NCBI RefSeq assembly: GCF_001194135.2 | Contig: NC_068991.1 | Span: 38,873,276 to 38,910,031, forward strand | From: Octopus bimaculoides | Lineage: Eukaryota | Length of the DNA: 36,756 nucleotides | Direction: 5' to 3' | Shown: positions 34,750 to 36,756 of the stretch, one piece after another | Numbering within the stretch: the first letter of the stretch is position 1 | Layout: each line of letters opens with the position of its first letter | Made by a program: the position numbers and the translations under genes | The notes under the pieces: model-generated | Database searches by the model: none | Told to the model about the DNA's origin: nothing | The model's input: the letters and a program-made list of their open reading frames with translations, nothing else

Positions 34750-34980
34750 AATGCATATTATACGTACATATATACACAAGTGTGCATTATAGGTACATAT
34801 ATACACACGTGTGCATTATACGTACGTATGCACACACGTGTGCATTATACGTGCGTATATACATATATGTGCGTTATACGTATGTATATACATGTGCGTT
34901 ATGTATACATATATACATGTGTGGTATACGTACGTATATACGTACGTATATACACGTGTGCATTATACGTACGTATATAG
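34750..34980. repeat. Degenerate ~28-30-bp purine/pyrimidine-alternating minisatellite
   Basis: Repeated gtgtgcattatacgtacgtatatacac-like units. Confidence 0.7.
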
Positions 34981-35720
34981 GAAGTTAGTGTTTGTATGTG
35001 GCAGATGTTCAGGAGCAATAAACACTGTAAATGTGCAGAAAACAACTTCTGCCATATTCCAGGGGGAAAAACTAGACGTAGTTGATAGCTTCCGCTATCT
35101 AGGTGACCAAGTTAGTCGTGGGGGAGCGTGTGCTGAAAGTGTAGATGCTAGAATAAGAATAGCCTGGGCAAAGTTCAGAGAGCTCTTACCTCTGCTGGTG
35201 ACAAGAGTAAAAGGCAGACTGTATGATGCATGTGTACAAACAGCCATGCTACATGGCAGTGAAAATTCGACGACTGGCACCCATCCAACATTTCCTTCAT
35301 TGGACACTAAACTCGGCTTGCGAAGACCTGTTGGGGCAAGCGAAAGCGAAATGGTGAGGGCACCACCGTTCGAGCGTGATCGTTACCAGCATCGCCTCCC
35401 TGGCACTTGTGCCGGTGGCACGTGAAAAGTCATTCGAGCGAGATCGTTGCCAGTGCCGCTGGACTAACTCCTGTGCAGGTGGCACGTAAAATACACCATT
35501 TTGAGCATGGCCGTTGCCAGTACTGCCTGACTGGCCTTCGTGCCGGTGGCACATAAAAGCACCCACTACACTCTCGTTGTGGTTGGCGTTAGGAAGGGCA
35601 TCCATCTGTAGAAACTCTGTCAAATCAGATTGGAGCCCGGTGTAGCCATCTGGTTCACCAGTCCTCAGTCAAATTGTCCAACCCATGCTAGCATGGAAAG
35701 CGGATGTTAAATGATGATGA
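34981..35720 (+). mobile_element. Internally deleted RTE-type LINE 3' fragment with 3' UTR
   Basis: FVCGRCSG...VDSFRYLGDQVS...RIRIAWAKFRELLPLL...RLYDACVQTAMLHGSE, then a jump to the GC-rich 3' UTR and (GAT)n tail. Confidence 0.85.
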
Positions 35721-35879
35721 TATATATATGTGTGTATATATGTATATATATGTGTGTATATATGTATATATATGTCTATATATATATGTATATATATGTG
35801 TGTATGTATATGTGTCTATATATATGTGTATATATATATGTAAATGTATATATATATGTAAATGTATATATATATGTAA

Positions 35880-35929
<50 letters not shown>

Positions 35930-35974
35930 GTGTCTACATATATATATATATATGTGTATGTGTATATATATGTG

Positions 35975-36010
<36 letters not shown>
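35720..36010. repeat. Compound (TA)n/(TG) microsatellite
   Basis: Direct reading. Similar tracts occur at 3067-3112, 27660-27790 and 33230-33315. Confidence 0.9.
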
Positions 36011-36012
<2 letters not shown>

Positions 36013-36756
36013 CCCTACCCATCTCTCCTCTTTCCACATGACCAGTGTTTCGGCCAGGCATGATCTTTCTTTCTTGGCTTGACAGCCGATCGGCAACACC
36101 TCTTATGTCCATCTCCTATGTTCCTGCCTTTAGGCTTTCAGTTTGTTCTAACCAGCTCAATTTGATTCGTTCTCAGTTGAAAGACACCTGTTATTTCTCG
36201 ATATTTGCATTCGTTATTGAGTGCCATGTTCTATGTTTGTTTGTTTTTTTGTCTTTGTTGTCATACACATTTGCTAGTTTTCTTAGAAAGGGGTCTCATG
36301 CTCTTAGCTTTAACTTTTATGGGGGGCAACCAGATCGAACTATCTCAAGTGTAACTGCCCAAAATGGTCGTGACTTCTGGAACTTCGCTGAAGAAAGAAA
36401 GCCACAAATGACCCGTCTTTTTTTGCCCGTTCCTTCTAATTGTTGTTTCTCTTGTCCGCCTTTGTATCATCTATGTGTCTGAATGTTTAATGTCCTCTGT
36501 TGCGTTTTTGTTCCATTTTTATATTTATACTAGCAGAAATACCCGGGTTAAAGAGAATAATGAAATCTAAAAACGCCGTCTAGACTACGCAACCCTCAAC
36601 TGTTAGTAGCTACGATACCATATTTCTACATTAATAACTCTCCAATCCATGCCAGCATGGAACATAGACATTAAGTGGAATGCCAGTCTCTCATCTAGGA
36701 GGGCCTTGAAATCAATGTTACCAACTGGGGACTATGTGTGTCGCAGTGATAATAAA

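Noticed and set aside
36040-36400. GAAAC...GTC on the minus strand and CTGAAGA at ~36387 on the plus strand
   Set aside because: The half-motifs are on opposite strands and do not assemble into one fold.
36527-36560. ACTAGCAGAAATACCCGG, resembling a Helitron-like 5' end
   Set aside because: Only a short resemblance, with no 3' hairpin or CTRR end visible in the window.
26026-36756. PSMA6 exons 1-2 (MSRGSSAGFDRH..., EYAFKA...QKKVP)
   Set aside because: Searched the minus strand by eye and found no match. They lie beyond the window or within a gap, so they are not annotated.
1-36756. CRISPR arrays, operons, rRNA genes or prokaryotic defence systems
   Set aside because: This is spliced eukaryotic DNA. 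No regularly interspaced repeat-spacer array or rRNA-like sequence was seen.

Overview
AT-rich, repeat-dense eukaryotic scaffold with several N gaps. The repeat families suggest a coleoid cephalopod (octopus-like); this is an inference from recognised SINE/LINE tails. Two spliced genes converge. The 3' part of Artemis (DCLRE1C, + strand) has five coding exons, 548-16744, ending in a ~675-aa S/Q-rich tail exon. Proteasome subunit alpha type-6 (PSMA6, - strand) has five coding exons, 26025-19858; its first two exons were not found in the window. Introns and the intergenic region hold SINEs, RTE-type LINE remnants, piggyBac/TTAA MITEs, a decayed piggyBac transposase, a mariner fragment, a Tigger/pogo-like MITE and several long fold-back repeats. 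The most notable signals are minimal type I hammerhead-ribozyme motifs in two unrelated small repeats. One is a tRNA-headed (Pol III) element inserted as a head-to-head inverted pair with a 13-bp TSD in an Artemis intron (8806-9360). The other is a 478-bp unit bounded by 69-bp direct repeats (33313-33859), resembling Penelope pseudo-LTR/retrozyme elements. The Artemis protein also shows an altered zinc site and a 14-15-aa degenerate repeat in its tail.
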